From NCBI GenBank assembly GCA_020347565.1, contig CP070732.1, positions 1,471,508 to 1,535,507 on the forward strand: a stretch of 64,000 nt of DNA, given 5' to 3'. This DNA is from Methanobacteriota archaeon (lineage in GTDB: Archaea > Thermoplasmatota > Thermoplasmata > UBA10834). The notes beneath the pieces are model-generated. The model was not told the origin of the DNA and searched no databases. It worked only from the letters and a program-made list of their open reading frames with translations. Positions 35,353 to 46,283 of this stretch are shown one piece after another (position 1 is the first letter of the stretch; each line of letters opens with the position of its first letter). The translations under genes were made by a program, and so were the position numbers.

Positions 35353-36453
35353 CTACTTCATTATGCCCAGCTCGGTGAGCTTCTCTGGCAGGTATGTGTC
35401 TGTGACGAAGTCGAGGCCGTACTTCGCCAGCGCCTGCTGCTCCGCCTTTTTGTTTATATCGAGCATGAGGTCTATCTCGTGCTTCCAGAACTGGTCGCTG
35501 AACCTGGGGTCGCTCTTCTCCGCGTTGAGCGCCTGTACGTCCCTATCGCTCAGCTTGTCGGTCGGGAGGTCGTAGTTGAGGATGTCGGAAGCGGTTATGC
35601 CTATGTACTCCGCGCTGGGCGTCGCGAGATACTCGGATAGGTGCGCCGTCTTTATCGCGCCATAGGCCAGCGACGCATGTATCCTGAAGCTCCACGGGTC
35701 CCCGTCGACGAAAACGCAGACCGGGAGCTTCATCTCCTCGTTCGCCCTCTTGATGAACCTCCTAGTGCTGCGCGCCGGCTGTCCCTTCAGGTGGACGAGC
35801 ACCGCATGGTACTCCTCGTCGAACCTGTTTTCAACGAGCCTGTCGAACATGCCGCCCGTCTCGATGGCGACCATCATGTCGGCGTCGCAGTCGACGAACG
35901 ATATCTTGTCCTTCTCGACGTTGTACGGTATGCCGTACCCGGAGTCCCCGACGTCGTCCCTGCAGTTGATCCTCTTCTTCTTGCCTTTCCTGTCCGTCTC
36001 CTGGATTGTGATGTTGCCTATGACCCTGGCTCCGTCCTCCTCCGGCCTGAGCTTGAAGTCCTCGCGCATGCATGCGGTGATGATCTCGAGGTCCTCCGCC
36101 AGCATGTTCGACTCGTCCTGGGCGGAGAACTTCGCCTTCTCCCAGCCTTCGGATATGTAGTACATCTCCCTCAGGGTCGAGCTCTTGTTGTTCCTGATCA
36201 TCTCCTCCATGAACTCGAGCATGTACATCGTCCGCAGCAGCATCTGCGCGCCTGTGAGCTTCTTGGCCGAGCGGACGCCCATCGACCTCCCGTACTTCCA
36301 CACGCCCGACCGTCTGTCGAACCTTATGTTGCTCTTGGTCCTGAGAGGGATGGACATCTTCGGGATCTTACGCTCATCTATCTGCCTGTAGATGTCCTCA
36401 GCCAGCTCGGTGAGCCTGTCGACAGCCCTCAGGTGACGCCCTTTACTCTTCAT
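35353..36453 (-). CDS. top6A: DNA topoisomerase VI subunit A (Spo11-like)
   Basis: ..[15 protein letters not shown].. (catalytic Tyr region) and Toprim ..[29 protein letters not shown]... It overlaps top6B by 11 nt. Confidence 0.9.
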   Translation of the reverse strand: MKSKGRHLRAVDRLTELAEDIYRQIDERKIPKMSIPLRTKSNIRFDRRSGVWKYGRSMGVRSAKKLTGAQMLLRTMYMLEFMEEMIRNNKSSTLREMYYISEGWEKAKFSAQDESNMLAEDLEIITACMREDFKLRPEEDGARVIGNITIQETDRKGKKKRINCRDDVGDSGYGIPYNVEKDKISFVDCDADMMVAIETGGMFDRLVENRFDEEYHAVLVHLKGQPARSTRRFIKRANEEMKLPVCVFVDGDPWSFRIHASLAYGAIKTAHLSEYLATPSAEYIGITASDILNYDLPTDKLSDRDVQALNAEKSDPRFSDQFWKHEIDLMLDINKKAEQQALAKYGLDFVTDTYLPEKLTELGIMK

Positions 36454-38449
36454 CCTCTATCACCTCCGCCCCTTCGTCGTAGTCCACCTCGCCGTTCTCC
36501 GCGCCCTCGTCGGCTTCCGCCGGCTTCTCCTCTGTTATCTTGACATGCTCGAGGTCCCAGTCTCCCGGCAGCACATCGGCCCCTATGACGGACGCGGGGT
36601 CGATGCCGCTGACATACAGCTCGTTCTCGTCGTACTCGTCCTTGTCCAGACCCTTCATGTCGAAGGAGAGTTCGAACACCTCCGTCGACGCGATCCTCTT
36701 CACGTCCCAAGTGACCTTGCCGCCGTTCCTGACCTCCGCTGGCTCGAGCGAAAGGCTCTTCCCGACGACCCCGTCGTAAGGCAGGACCATGTGGACGTGG
36801 AGCCTCTGCGACTTCGGAGTGTAGTTGTACAGCTTGACCGACACATGATGCTTCTTCTTGTCGAACGTGACTCCGTCCTCCACCCAGACCACGTTCATTA
36901 TCTTGGTGATGGTCCCAGCGATGTCGGGCACGGGCTTGCCGACGATCTTGGCGCTCTTCTGCGCTATCATCGGGATTATATCCTGGACGATGTCGAACTT
37001 GACGCGAGTCTTGCTCTTCCTCTCCGCCTTGTTCAGATGCGTCTTGAGCCTTCTTGCGCACGCCTTGAGCGCCAGCTCTATCTCCTCCCGTATCTCGGGC
37101 ACGTTGGCGACGGCCTCCTTCGATTCGGATGTGAAAGGTATCTTCGTCGACGCGACATGGACGAGTATGATCGCGGGACCGAAGGGTATGCCCTTGCCCC
37201 CGCGCTGCTCCAGCCCGTACCTTCGCCAGTCGACGTTCTCTATCGCCTGCGTCGTTGCGCAGGCTCCCTGCTGGTACATGAGAGGAACGCGGTTGGCGAA
37301 CCTGAGTATCTGCACGGACTCCTCCTTGTTCAGCTGTCCTCCGTAGACTATCCCGACCTCGACGACGAACGGGTTTCCGGCGAAGACCTTCGGCTCCCTC
37401 GTGATCGGCGGCGCGTAGAACGAGGCCTTGAGGTCGCCGAGGACGTTCTTCAGACTCTTCCTGATCAGTCCCTCACCGATGGGCGACAGGCAGTCCGTCT
37501 CGGGCGCCATTATCCTGACCCTGTGCACGGCGTCGACTATCGCGCCTGCCTGGTCCAGCGTCAACCTACTGGGCTTCTGGTCGTGGGGCACGTCGGCGTG
37601 GTCGAGGACCTCCCTCGCGACCCTGAGCGATATCCGGGAGAACTCCGTGTTCAGGAAGCTCGTCATCTTCTTCGCTTCCGTGTACTTCGCCATGGTCAGG
37701 AGCTCGCCCAGCTCCACGCCTTCGGGGTGGGGCCTCACCTCTTTCGTGGGCGGGGGCATATCTTCCGTCGACCGCTCGAAGACGATCGTGCCACCATCGG
37801 GGGGTACGAAAGTCAACCGGGCGTGCGGGTTGACGATCGCCACGCCCTTCAGGTACTCGAATATCGATTGCCTCCCCTGGACGTACTTGCCCTTGAGGTT
37901 CACCTCGAGGCGCGTCCCGTGCTCCTTATCCCATATGACGAAGTCCTCCTTCGTCGACTGGGCTCGGTTCTTCTTCGTGTCCATCACAAGCTCGCACTGG
38001 TGTGCGACGTCGTCGTCGGATATCTTCGACCGTATCTTGGCCGGCTTGCCCGTCGTGATCTGCGCATACATCACGACGGCCGACACTCCTATCCCCTGTT
38101 GCCCGCGCCTCTGCGCCCTCGCGTGGAACCTCGAGCCGTACAGCAGCCTCCCGAAGACGTTGGGCACCTGCTTCTTCACTATGCCAGGGCCGTTGTCCTC
38201 GACCACGACGTTGTACTCGTTGTTCCTCTCCTTCTTGACCCGGACGAACACCTCGGGGAGTATGCCCGCGTCCTCGCAGGCGTCGAGGCTGTTGTCAACG
38301 GACTCCTTCACCGCGGTTATGAGCGCTCTTGTCAGCGAGTCGAATCCCAGTATGTGCTTGTTCTTCTCGAAGAACTCGGAGACGGAGATCTCCTTCTGCT
38401 TCTTCGCCAGTTCGTGAGCTATCGATGCCAAGTGGTGCCGCCTCCACAA
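36443..38449 (-). CDS. top6B: DNA topoisomerase VI subunit B (GHKL ATPase)
   Basis: [26 protein letters not shown]-type N-box ([13 protein letters not shown]), [16 protein letters not shown], then the transducer domain. Confidence 0.9.
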   Translation of the reverse strand: MWRRHHLASIAHELAKKQKEISVSEFFEKNKHILGFDSLTRALITAVKESVDNSLDACEDAGILPEVFVRVKKERNNEYNVVVEDNGPGIVKKQVPNVFGRLLYGSRFHARAQRRGQQGIGVSAVVMYAQITTGKPAKIRSKISDDDVAHQCELVMDTKKNRAQSTKEDFVIWDKEHGTRLEVNLKGKYVQGRQSIFEYLKGVAIVNPHARLTFVPPDGGTIVFERSTEDMPPPTKEVRPHPEGVELGELLTMAKYTEAKKMTSFLNTEFSRISLRVAREVLDHADVPHDQKPSRLTLDQAGAIVDAVHRVRIMAPETDCLSPIGEGLIRKSLKNVLGDLKASFYAPPITREPKVFAGNPFVVEVGIVYGGQLNKEESVQILRFANRVPLMYQQGACATTQAIENVDWRRYGLEQRGGKGIPFGPAIILVHVASTKIPFTSESKEAVANVPEIREEIELALKACARRLKTHLNKAERKSKTRVKFDIVQDIIPMIAQKSAKIVGKPVPDIAGTITKIMNVVWVEDGVTFDKKKHHVSVKLYNYTPKSQRLHVHMVLPYDGVVGKSLSLEPAEVRNGGKVTWDVKRIASTEVFELSFDMKGLDKDEYDENELYVSGIDPASVIGADVLPGDWDLEHVKITEEKPAEADEGAENGEVDYDEGAEVIEDEE

Positions 38450-38590
38450 GGAAGCCAGAAGCGGATAGTCAGTACCGCGTGCATCCCAGTTGTCGGAAAA
38501 TGGATTTCCAGAATAAAAAGGTGTTGTGCACCGGCCGCCTCTGGCTCACACCGTCGGAACGCGAGGGCGCGCGCCTCGGCCAACAGGCCG

Positions 38591-39595
38591 TCAATTGAAC
38601 TTCTCGCCGCAGGAGGGGCACGACTTGGCGTCCGATGGCACGTCGGCGCCGCACTCGGAACATACGAAGGAGTCGGGCTCCTCCTCGAGACCTATCGCCC
38701 TCGCCAGGCTGGGGGAGCGCGAATCGTCCTCGGGCGGCTTCGCTTCTATCTTCTTGCGCTTCTGTTCCCACTCCTGGATGGCCTTCTCCCTCATGCGCCT
38801 GGCGCGTCTCGTCCACCACACCATGCCGCATATGATGGCGTATATCGGGAAGAACTGCAGATAGGACTGGATGAGTGTTATGTGGCGCAGGACCCAGATG
38901 CCGAGGTCAACGGAGTCGGACGAGATCGGTCCGATGGCGATCATCTCGTCGCCGTCGTCGGTGTAGTCGGTGGCTACTATCCAAGTCCCGCTCACATTGG
39001 CGGCGAACTCGAACGCGTTGTACGGCTCAGAAAGCGTCGTCCTGTACTCGTAGAAGTACTCCCCCGAAGTCTCGTTCGAATCGGCGAGCGTCATGGACTC
39101 GTTCGTGCTGTCCCCGATCCATGCGATGGTGACCCTGACCTCCGTGATGTTGAAGGTCTCGTTGGCGGGCCTCACGGTCACCGAGTACGTGAACAGGGTC
39201 GAGGAATCCCCGTTCATCGGGGTCACGATGCCGTCGTACAGTGTATTGTCCGGGTCGGAGCTGAACGCCGTCTGGGGCTCCAACGACTGGAAGGCCGACA
39301 CGAGGAAGGCCGTCGAGATCGCGAGCAGGAGCGTGCACCCGATGAACCCGTACACAAGCAGCTTTCGGACTCTCTTGACGTCGAAATTCCAGAAGAGGCC
39401 GAAGAGGATCAGTGGGGGCAGCAGACCGAGCCAGCATGACCCCATCATGTACGCCAGCATCAGGTAGTAGATGACCGCGGTGATGCCTATCGCGACAGGC
39501 GCCGTGTACTTTGTCTTCTTGAACTTCTCGTACTCCTGCTTCAGGAACTTGATCAGCCAATCTGCTGGGGCACCCGATGCCTCATCGCTAGCCAT
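38591..39595 (-). CDS. Membrane protein with extracellular N-glycosylation-rich domain and C-terminal cytoplasmic zinc ribbon
   Basis: Only the last 334 codons of the 698-aa track ORF look real, starting MASDEASGAPADWLIKFL. It has 4-5 TMs, sequons NET, NIT, NES, NET and NVS, and a C-terminus ..FVCSECGADVPSDAKSCPSCGEKFN. The upstream 364 codons are antisense to carbamate kinase. Confidence 0.6.
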   Translation of the reverse strand: MASDEASGAPADWLIKFLKQEYEKFKKTKYTAPVAIGITAVIYYLMLAYMMGSCWLGLLPPLILFGLFWNFDVKRVRKLLVYGFIGCTLLLAISTAFLVSAFQSLEPQTAFSSDPDNTLYDGIVTPMNGDSSTLFTYSVTVRPANETFNITEVRVTIAWIGDSTNESMTLADSNETSGEYFYEYRTTLSEPYNAFEFAANVSGTWIVATDYTDDGDEMIAIGPISSDSVDLGIWVLRHITLIQSYLQFFPIYAIICGMVWWTRRARRMREKAIQEWEQKRKKIEAKPPEDDSRSPSLARAIGLEEEPDSFVCSECGADVPSDAKSCPSCGEKFN

Positions 39596-39664
39596 CGTCG
39601 GAGGCAACTTGGTGGTTGCATAAAAAACTTGGCCGCGTTTGCGCGCCGCGGTACTGCAACAACG

Positions 39665-39673
39665 CTTATATAC
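39665..39673 (+). promoter_or_regulatory. TATA-box-like element (CTTATATAC) upstream of carbamate kinase
   Basis: It lies ~47 nt upstream of ATG 39716, and GGAGGAGGG lies 7 nt before the ATG. Confidence 0.4.
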
Positions 39674-39715
39674 GCCCCCCTCAATGGAATCAACTTCCCG
39701 GAGGAGGGCCCGGTC

Positions 39716-40681
39716 ATGAAGACAGCGGTCATAGCGATCGGAGGCAACGCCATACTGCGTCCAGGCGACCGACTGACGCAGGAGAACCAGATGAAGCACG
39801 TCGCAGAGACGGCGCGCGGCCTGGTCGACCTCATACAGAGGGGCTTCGACATCGTCATCACCCATGGTAACGGACCTCAGGTCGGGGATATACTTCTCAG
39901 AGCGGAGATAGCCAGGGGAGAGGTGACGCCGAACGCGCTTGACGTGTGCGTGGCTGAAAGCCAGGGCCAGATAGGGTACATGTTGCAGAAAGCGCTGTCG
40001 TCGGAGTTCCTGGATAGGGGGATGAACAAGATCGCCGTGGCGTTGGTGACGCAGGTGAAGGTCTCGGAGGACGACCCGGCCTTTGCGAACCCCTCGAAGC
40101 CAATAGGCAAGTACTACACGGAAGAGGAGGCCCGCAGGATGGAGCACGAAAGGGGCTGGGTCATGTCCCTGGACAAGAGGCGCGGCGGCTGGAGACGCCT
40201 CGTGCCGTCGCCCGAGCCGACCGCCATCGTCGAGAGCACGCCCGTCCGTCGGCTCGTGTTCGGCGGGGAGGACCAGGCCGAGGTCGTGATCGCCTGCGGC
40301 GGAGGCGGCGTGCCCGTCGTCCTGAAAGGCGGACGCTATGTGGGCGTCGAGGCGGTAGTTGACAAGGACCTCGCCGCGGCCTTGCTGGCCAACAGCATCA
40401 GGGAGCGGCTGTTCGTCATCGCGACGGACGTAGACCACGTCTTCGTCGACTACGGAAAGCCGTCCCAGAGGGCGCTCGAGAAGACGACCCTTTCCGAGAT
40501 GAAGAGGTTGTACGACGAGGGGCAGTTCCCTTCGGGGACGATGGGCCCGAAGGCCCTGGCGGCCATCCGGTTCCTGGAGAACGGCGGCGAGGAAGTCGTC
40601 ATAACGGCCACCGAGAAGCTTGTCGACGCACTCGAGGCCGGCGCTGGAACACATATCTATCGGGACGATATTAGCCGATGA
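39716..40681 (+). CDS. arcC: Carbamate kinase
   Basis: MKTAVIAIGGNAIL, ITHGNGPQVG, VCVAESQGQIGY, IACGGGGVPV, VDKDLAAALLA and FPSGTMGPK are colinear with ArcC/carbamate kinase-like enzymes. Confidence 0.85.
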   Translation: MKTAVIAIGGNAILRPGDRLTQENQMKHVAETARGLVDLIQRGFDIVITHGNGPQVGDILLRAEIARGEVTPNALDVCVAESQGQIGYMLQKALSSEFLDRGMNKIAVALVTQVKVSEDDPAFANPSKPIGKYYTEEEARRMEHERGWVMSLDKRRGGWRRLVPSPEPTAIVESTPVRRLVFGGEDQAEVVIACGGGGVPVVLKGGRYVGVEAVVDKDLAAALLANSIRERLFVIATDVDHVFVDYGKPSQRALEKTTLSEMKRLYDEGQFPSGTMGPKALAAIRFLENGGEEVVITATEKLVDALEAGAGTHIYRDDISR

Positions 40682-40685
40682 GGCC

Positions 40686-41789
40686 ATGGCGACAATCGAG
40701 GAGCAGATAAGGGAGATCGAGGATGAGATCTCCAGGACGCCCTACAACAAGAGCACGCAGCACCATATCGGAAGGCTGAAGGCCAAGCTCGCGCGCCTGA
40801 AGGACAGCCTGGAGGCGAGGAGATCGCGCTCGGGACGGGGCAAGGGCTATTCGGTCAGGAAATCCGGTCACGCCACGGTCGCCATAGTCGGATTCCCAAG
40901 TGTGGGCAAGTCCACCCTCCTCAACAAGATAACCAACGCCGACAGCGAGGTCGCTGCGTATCACTTCACCACGCTTACGGTAGTCCCAGGCGAGATGGAG
41001 CATCGCGGCGCGAAGATACAGGTGCTCGACCTGCCCGGGCTCATCAAGGACGCCTCGAAGGGCAAGGGGAGGGGCAAGGAGGTCCTGTCGGTCGTACGGT
41101 CGGCGGACCTGATACTGCTGATGATAGACGTGTTCGAGACCAACCTGGACGTTCTCGTCGAGGAGCTGAGAACCGCGAACCTGAGGCTGAACCAGCGCCC
41201 TCCGGATATCGTCGTGTCTCGGAGGAATAGGGGAGGCATAGGCGTGAGCTTCACGACCCCGAAGCCATCCCTCGATGAGGACCTCGTGCGCGATATGATG
41301 AACGAATACGGCTACATCAACGCCGATATCGTCATCCGCGAGGACGTTGACGAGGACCAGCTGATAGACCACATCTCAGGGAACAGGATATACATACCAG
41401 GCATCGTGGCAGTGAACAAGATAGACCTTGTCAGCGAGGAGTACCTCAGGCAGCTGAAGGAGAAGAAGCTCGGGGGTTGGAAGGTCGTGCCCATATCCGC
41501 CGAGGAGGACATAGGGCTCGACGAACTCAGGGACTGCGTTTTTGACTCGCTCCGCCTGATACGCGTCTACATGAAACCGCAGGGCAAGGAGGCGGATATG
41601 GTCGAGCCGCTCGTGATCAGGGCCGGCTCGGACATCGGCGCCGTGTGTGACTCCATCCATCGCGACTTCAGGAGGAACTTCAGGTACGCACAGGTCTGGG
41701 GAGAGAGCGCGCGGTTCCCGGGTCAGATCGTCGGGCTCGAGCACGAAGTCGTGGACCAGGACGTGATCACTCTCATAGTGAGGAGATGA
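40686..41789 (+). CDS. DRG/Rbg1-type OBG-family GTPase with C-terminal TGS domain
   Basis: MATIEEQIREIEDEISRTPYNKSTQHHIGRLKAKLARL, G1 GFPSVGKSTLL, G3 DLPGLI, G4 NKIDL. The TGS-like end is ..RYAQVWGESARFPGQIVGLEHEVVDQDVITLI. Confidence 0.85.
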   Translation: MATIEEQIREIEDEISRTPYNKSTQHHIGRLKAKLARLKDSLEARRSRSGRGKGYSVRKSGHATVAIVGFPSVGKSTLLNKITNADSEVAAYHFTTLTVVPGEMEHRGAKIQVLDLPGLIKDASKGKGRGKEVLSVVRSADLILLMIDVFETNLDVLVEELRTANLRLNQRPPDIVVSRRNRGGIGVSFTTPKPSLDEDLVRDMMNEYGYINADIVIREDVDEDQLIDHISGNRIYIPGIVAVNKIDLVSEEYLRQLKEKKLGGWKVVPISAEEDIGLDELRDCVFDSLRLIRVYMKPQGKEADMVEPLVIRAGSDIGAVCDSIHRDFRRNFRYAQVWGESARFPGQIVGLEHEVVDQDVITLIVRR

Positions 41790-41867
41790 CAGAAGAGGCG
41801 GACGGTGAAAACAATATGCCGTGGAAGAGGTTTGCTGGTTTCGCGGGAGGTCGAGTGCAGCGCTAGG

Positions 41868-42098
41868 TCATTCCTTCTTCTTCATGAGCTTCATGAAGCC
41901 GCCGCCCTCGTGGATCTCGAGGTTCTTGTGCTCCAGGATCTCCTGGAACTCCGGCCAGTCTATGACGTCGACTCGCGGGCTAGTTCCACGGGTGAACTCG
42001 ATTTCAGTCGTCCCTCTGACCTTGCCGGGCTTGAGGTTCTTCTCGGCCGCAATCTGCTTGGCTCTATCCAATGATATCGGATACATTGGCACGTGCAT
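41868..42098 (-). CDS. Small conserved-looking hypothetical protein (76 aa)
   Basis: The ORF has non-biased composition, a GGAGGG motif at its 5' end and a CTTTATATG element ~50 nt upstream. The start may be the internal GTG or second Met. No family recognised. Confidence 0.4.
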   Translation of the reverse strand: MHVPMYPISLDRAKQIAAEKNLKPGKVRGTTEIEFTRGTSPRVDVIDWPEFQEILEHKNLEIHEGGGFMKLMKKKE

Positions 42099-42385
42099 CC
42101 CTCCTATGTCAGTCGGTATCTCCGACCGTCCCCTCTAATGCTCGTCCGACATATAAAGGCCTTTCGCTGGCCTGCCAGATTGCGATGTGCTGGCTGTGCG
42201 TCCGACAGCCGTCTTGCGGCCGATGACGGGCGATGAGGCATTCTACATCGTGTGCCCGTCCGCTCGCCGTTCCCTCCGACGACATCGCACCGACGCTGTC
42301 TGCGGGTTCTCCGTCGACGGGGCGCGTCCGCGCCGGGCAGGCGCTCCCCAAAGGATTAAGAAACGGAATCGGCTTATTGCGGGAG

Positions 42386-43651
42386 ATGATTCAGCGCCCC
42401 AGGGGGACGAGGGATTTCGGCCCTGCGGACATGGCCAGGCGCAGGGCGGCTGAGAATGCTATGCGCGAGGTGTGCCACGCTCACGGCTTCGGCGAGGTCG
42501 TCACGCCAACGTTCGAGCTGTCGGAGCTCTTTACGATGCGTTCCGGCCAGGCGATAGTCGACGAGATGTACGTGTTCAATGACAAGGGCGACCGCGAGAT
42601 GGCGCTCAGACCTGAGATCACGGCCTCGGTGATACGTTTCTACGTGAACGACCTGTCGACGCTCCCGAAGCCGTTGAAGCTGTACTACGTCGGCAGCTGC
42701 TACAGGTACGAGAACCCTCAGAGCGGGCGGTACCGTGAGTTCTACCAGATAGGCGCCGAGCTCATAGGCAACGACAACCCGGAGACGGACGCCGAGGTGA
42801 TATCGCTCGCCGTGAAGTGTCTCAGGGCAACAGGGCTGCAGGACTTCGAGGTTCGAATAGGCCACATAGGCGCGCTCAAGTCGCTCGTGCAGGCCGAGAT
42901 AGGCGACAGGACGCTCGCATCCGAGGTCCTGCGGCTGATAGACAAGGCGGAGTTCGAAGCGCTTGGCAGGCTGTTCGAGTCGCGTGGCCTGTCGGGCGAC
43001 CTCATGGGTAGGGTAAGGGCCGTGGCAGGGACGAAGGGCGGCGCGGAGGCGCTCGACGACATCGAGGATCCCGAAGTGAAGGCCCACCTGAAGGAGCTGT
43101 TCGAGACGCTCAGCCTATACGGCGTGGACGACTGTCAGCTCGACCTTGGCATCGTGCGCGGCCTCGACTACTACACGGGCATGGTGTTCGAGATAGACGC
43201 TCCGAGGCTCGGCGCCGAGAAGCAGGTGCTCGGCGGAGGCTCCTACACGCTCTCTGAGCTGTTCGGTGGAGAGCCGGTGTTCAGCACGGGCTTCGCCATA
43301 GGCATCGACAGGGTCGTGCTCGCCCTCGAGGCCGAGGACTTCAGGCCCGAGTACAGGCAGTGCGACGCGTTCGTCGTGCCCACGGAGGACAACATGCGCA
43401 AGTACGCCTTCGCGATCGCGTCGAAGCTGCGTGCTGCGGGCATCCACACGGACGTCGATCTGATGCGCAGAAGCATGAGCAAGAACCTGAAGTACGCCGC
43501 CTCGGTTGGCACCAGGTACGCGGTGATCGTCGGCAGGGACGAGATGGCCAGTCGGTCCGTCACGCTGAGGGATATGGATACGGGCGAGCAGACGCTTGTC
43601 AAAGCCGACTTCGTGGTGGAGGAACTGGAGAAGCTGATGGCGGGGCGGTAG
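42386..43651 (+). CDS. hisS: Histidine--tRNA ligase
   Basis: MIQRPRGTRDF, motif 1/2 region ..EMALRPEITASVIRFY.., ..CYRYENPQSGRYREFYQIGAE.., motif 3 GGGSY..GFAIGIDRV, and a C-terminal anticodon-binding domain. The start is Met52 of the track ORF. Confidence 0.9.
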   Translation: MIQRPRGTRDFGPADMARRRAAENAMREVCHAHGFGEVVTPTFELSELFTMRSGQAIVDEMYVFNDKGDREMALRPEITASVIRFYVNDLSTLPKPLKLYYVGSCYRYENPQSGRYREFYQIGAELIGNDNPETDAEVISLAVKCLRATGLQDFEVRIGHIGALKSLVQAEIGDRTLASEVLRLIDKAEFEALGRLFESRGLSGDLMGRVRAVAGTKGGAEALDDIEDPEVKAHLKELFETLSLYGVDDCQLDLGIVRGLDYYTGMVFEIDAPRLGAEKQVLGGGSYTLSELFGGEPVFSTGFAIGIDRVVLALEAEDFRPEYRQCDAFVVPTEDNMRKYAFAIASKLRAAGIHTDVDLMRRSMSKNLKYAASVGTRYAVIVGRDEMASRSVTLRDMDTGEQTLVKADFVVEELEKLMAGR

Positions 43652-43723
43652 CTGCGTCGACAGAGGCGATGCAGTAGAAGAACGGAGGAAAGGGTTTCTG
43701 AAGGGTGCGTCGGGACCCGTTGT

Positions 43724-44980
43724 CTACGGGTAGAACCCGCGGATCTTCGTCGCCTCTGCGACGCGGCTCACGGCGACCAAGTACGCCGCCTCCCGCATGT
43801 TGACCTTGTGCTTCTGTGCCATGTCCCAGACCTCGTGGAACGCCTTGGTGATCTTCTGGTCGAGGCGACTGTTGACCTCTTCCTCGGTCCAGCCGTAGTT
43901 GTAGAGGTTCTGGACCCACTCGAAGTAGCTCACCGTCACACCGCCGGCGTTCGCCAGGATGTCGGGCAGGATGAGCACGCCGTTCTTGGTCATTATCTCG
44001 TCCGCCTCGAGCGTGTTCGGGCCGTTCGCCCCCTCGCCAGATATCTTGGCCTTCACCCTGCCGGCGTTCTCCTCTGTGAGGACGTTCTCGAGGGCGCACG
44101 GGAGCAGCACGTCGACCTCCAGCTCGAGAATCTCCTCGTTCGTTATCGGCTTCGTCCCGGGGAATCCTATGACGCTGCGGGTCTTCCTCTTGTGGGCGAT
44201 AACCTCGTCGTAATTCAGGCCGTCCTCGTTGACTATCCCGCCCTTGGAGTCCGTCACCGCGATGACCTTGCTTCCGAAGTCCCTCTCGATCAGCTTGTGA
44301 GCGAACGAACCTACGTTGCCGTACCCCTGGATCGCCACCGTGGCGCCCTTGAGGTCCAGCCCGATCTTCTTCGCGGCCTCCCTGACGGTGAACACTAGCC
44401 CCCTCGAGGTGGCCTCAGGCCTCCCGAGTGACCCGCCGATCTCGAGCGGCTTGCCCGTTATCACTCCAGGCACGGCGAAGCCCTTCGCCATGCTGATCGT
44501 GTCCATGATCCAGGCCATCTCTCGCCCGCTGGTGTTGACGTCAGGGGCGGGTATGTCCTTCTCCGGGCCTATGATGAGCGATATCTCGGAGGCGTATCTC
44601 CTGGTCATCCTCTCTATCTCTTCCACGCTCATAGTCTTCGGGTTGGCAATGATGCCTCCCTTGGCGCCGCCGTACGGCACGTCCACAACGGCAGTCTTCC
44701 AGGTCATCCAGGCCGCGAGCGCCCGGACCTCGTCTATGTCCACCTGCTGGTGGTATCTGATGCCGCCCTTGAAGGGTCCACGTGACTCGTTGTGCTGAAC
44801 CCTGTATCCAGTGAATACCTTTACCGACCCATCGTCCATGCGTACTGGGAAGTTGACCGACAACTCCCGCTTGGGGCTCTTCATGACCTCTATGATTCCC
44901 GGGTCAAGGCCGAGCTTCTTGCCGACGATGTCGACCTGCTTCTTCATGTTCTCAAACGGATTCGCCTTGTCACATGCCAT
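43724..44980 (-). CDS. gdhA: Glutamate dehydrogenase
   Basis: RGPFKGGIRYH, AAWMTWKTAVVDVPYGGAKGGI, and dinucleotide fold VAIQGYGNVGS. The start is Met24 (MACDKANPFENM..); a CTTTAAAT element sits ~85 nt upstream. Confidence 0.9.
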   Translation of the reverse strand: MACDKANPFENMKKQVDIVGKKLGLDPGIIEVMKSPKRELSVNFPVRMDDGSVKVFTGYRVQHNESRGPFKGGIRYHQQVDIDEVRALAAWMTWKTAVVDVPYGGAKGGIIANPKTMSVEEIERMTRRYASEISLIIGPEKDIPAPDVNTSGREMAWIMDTISMAKGFAVPGVITGKPLEIGGSLGRPEATSRGLVFTVREAAKKIGLDLKGATVAIQGYGNVGSFAHKLIERDFGSKVIAVTDSKGGIVNEDGLNYDEVIAHKRKTRSVIGFPGTKPITNEEILELEVDVLLPCALENVLTEENAGRVKAKISGEGANGPNTLEADEIMTKNGVLILPDILANAGGVTVSYFEWVQNLYNYGWTEEEVNSRLDQKITKAFHEVWDMAQKHKVNMREAAYLVAVSRVAEATKIRGFYP

Positions 44981-45250
44981 TCTAACACCACTGGCCTCTC
45001 CCGCCTCCGCCGACAGAAGCGACGTCCGCGCAGGAGCGTCTGAGAGCATGTTAGCAATCGATTTAAAGGTTGCTCAAATACAAAGGATTCCCGCTGCAAA
45101 CGGTCCGATGCGGACGCCATCGGATTGGCAAAACTTACGAAAGGCCAGCGGCCCGCGAGACGGCCGACGAGAGCCCCGGGAGTCCCTCTTCGAAGGAACG
45201 TCGAAAGGCCTACCGTCCTCGACAGCCGGTTACGAAAACGGGGGCCTCCC

Positions 45251-45826
45251 TCACACGCCTCCGGAGTCGAACCCGACGAGTATGGTTGCGAGCTTCGGAT
45301 CGTCAGGCAGGCCCACACTCCTCCTGAGGAAGACGTCGCCATCCGTCGAGGGGCTCGAGGAGCACACGCGCTCGGTCCCCTCGACGGCCCGCACCTCATC
45401 GAAGTCGATCGGCGGCAGTACGAATCGCGTCCTGGTGCTCTTCCTGCCGTCGTAGAATATGACGAAGTCCTTGCCGAGGAATATCAGCTTCTCTCCTGGA
45501 GCCGCCTCGGGCTTCTCGCCTCCTATCAGCTCCCGTCCGACGACCTTCCCACTCTCGTCGACCAGCACGACCGTCGGTGCGGGCGGCGGTCTGAAGGCCG
45601 AGTCCTTGACGATGCACGCCACATGCCTCCTCGTAAGGCATTCCAGCACGCCGTCGTTGTGCACGGTCAGGGGTCCAATCGACATGGACCTGGCGCTCTC
45701 GATCCTGCGCAGCTCCTCCCTGATTTCCTGCTCGAGGTAGAAGGCCCTGCGAACCCCTTTCAGCCCCGAAAGCCTCGACAAGACCTCATCGAGCAGACGC
45801 GCCTCCTCCGCCGTTCCCTCGCCCAT
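45251..45826 (-). CDS. Hypothetical protein
   Basis: Balanced composition and co-directional packing behind the OsmC gene. The start is ATG 45826, or TTG 45865 (which overlaps the OsmC stop by 17 nt). No family recognised. Confidence 0.4.
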   Translation of the reverse strand: MGEGTAEEARLLDEVLSRLSGLKGVRRAFYLEQEIREELRRIESARSMSIGPLTVHNDGVLECLTRRHVACIVKDSAFRPPPAPTVVLVDESGKVVGRELIGGEKPEAAPGEKLIFLGKDFVIFYDGRKSTRTRFVLPPIDFDEVRAVEGTERVCSSSPSTDGDVFLRRSVGLPDDPKLATILVGFDSGGV

Positions 45827-45848
45827 CGGCCTCACGATCCCCCGTCGC

Positions 45849-46283
45849 TCAATTTTTCGGCTCAACGCTGAGGTCGACCTTGACGTCGACGCCCTGCCTC
45901 ACGCTGCCCGTGACGATGCAGAAATCCTCGTACAGCTCCCTGCAGCGCTCCAACTTTTTCTTGTCCTCATCGTCCAGGGCTGCCTTGATATGTACCTTTA
46001 TTCCTTCAATTCTCCATCTGCCCCTCTCGTTGCGGGCGAGGGTCGTTTCCACGTCGGCCGACAGATCCTGAACCTCGCCGTGCGCCTTGCCCGTGCAGAA
46101 CAGGAGGCTCGAACAGAGGCAGTGACCGACTGCGGACGAGAGCATCATGCCCGCGTCCGGCGCCTTCGACTCTCCCAGCGGAGCGGGCTCGTCCATCATC
46201 AGTTTGCCGTCCCACTCGTCAAAGCCGACCTCGAACCTGTACTTCTCCAGGCGCCTCATGTGCGTGTGGATCTTCTCGTTCAT
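45849..46283 (-). CDS. OsmC/Ohr-family peroxiredoxin-like protein
   Basis: 144 aa with the two-Cys layout typical of OsmC (..SSAVGHCLCSSLLF.. and ..YEDFCIVTGSV..). Confidence 0.75.
   Translation of the reverse strand: MNEKIHTHMRRLEKYRFEVGFDEWDGKLMMDEPAPLGESKAPDAGMMLSSAVGHCLCSSLLFCTGKAHGEVQDLSADVETTLARNERGRWRIEGIKVHIKAALDDEDKKKLERCRELYEDFCIVTGSVRQGVDVKVDLSVEPKN

Noticed and set aside
36545-39439. 964-aa plus-strand ORF, the longest in the track
   Set aside because: It runs antisense to topoisomerase VI B and to the zinc-ribbon membrane protein. Its composition is dominated by Arg/Leu/Val/His/Pro/Asp runs with no recognisable motif, which is the typical shadow ORF of high-GC DNA.
39596-40687. 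N-terminal 364 codons of the 698-aa minus-strand ORF 38591..40687
   Set aside because: This part is antisense to the well-supported carbamate kinase gene and is Arg/Gly/Asp-rich. Only the segment from Met at 39595 has TM helices, glycosylation sequons and a zinc ribbon.
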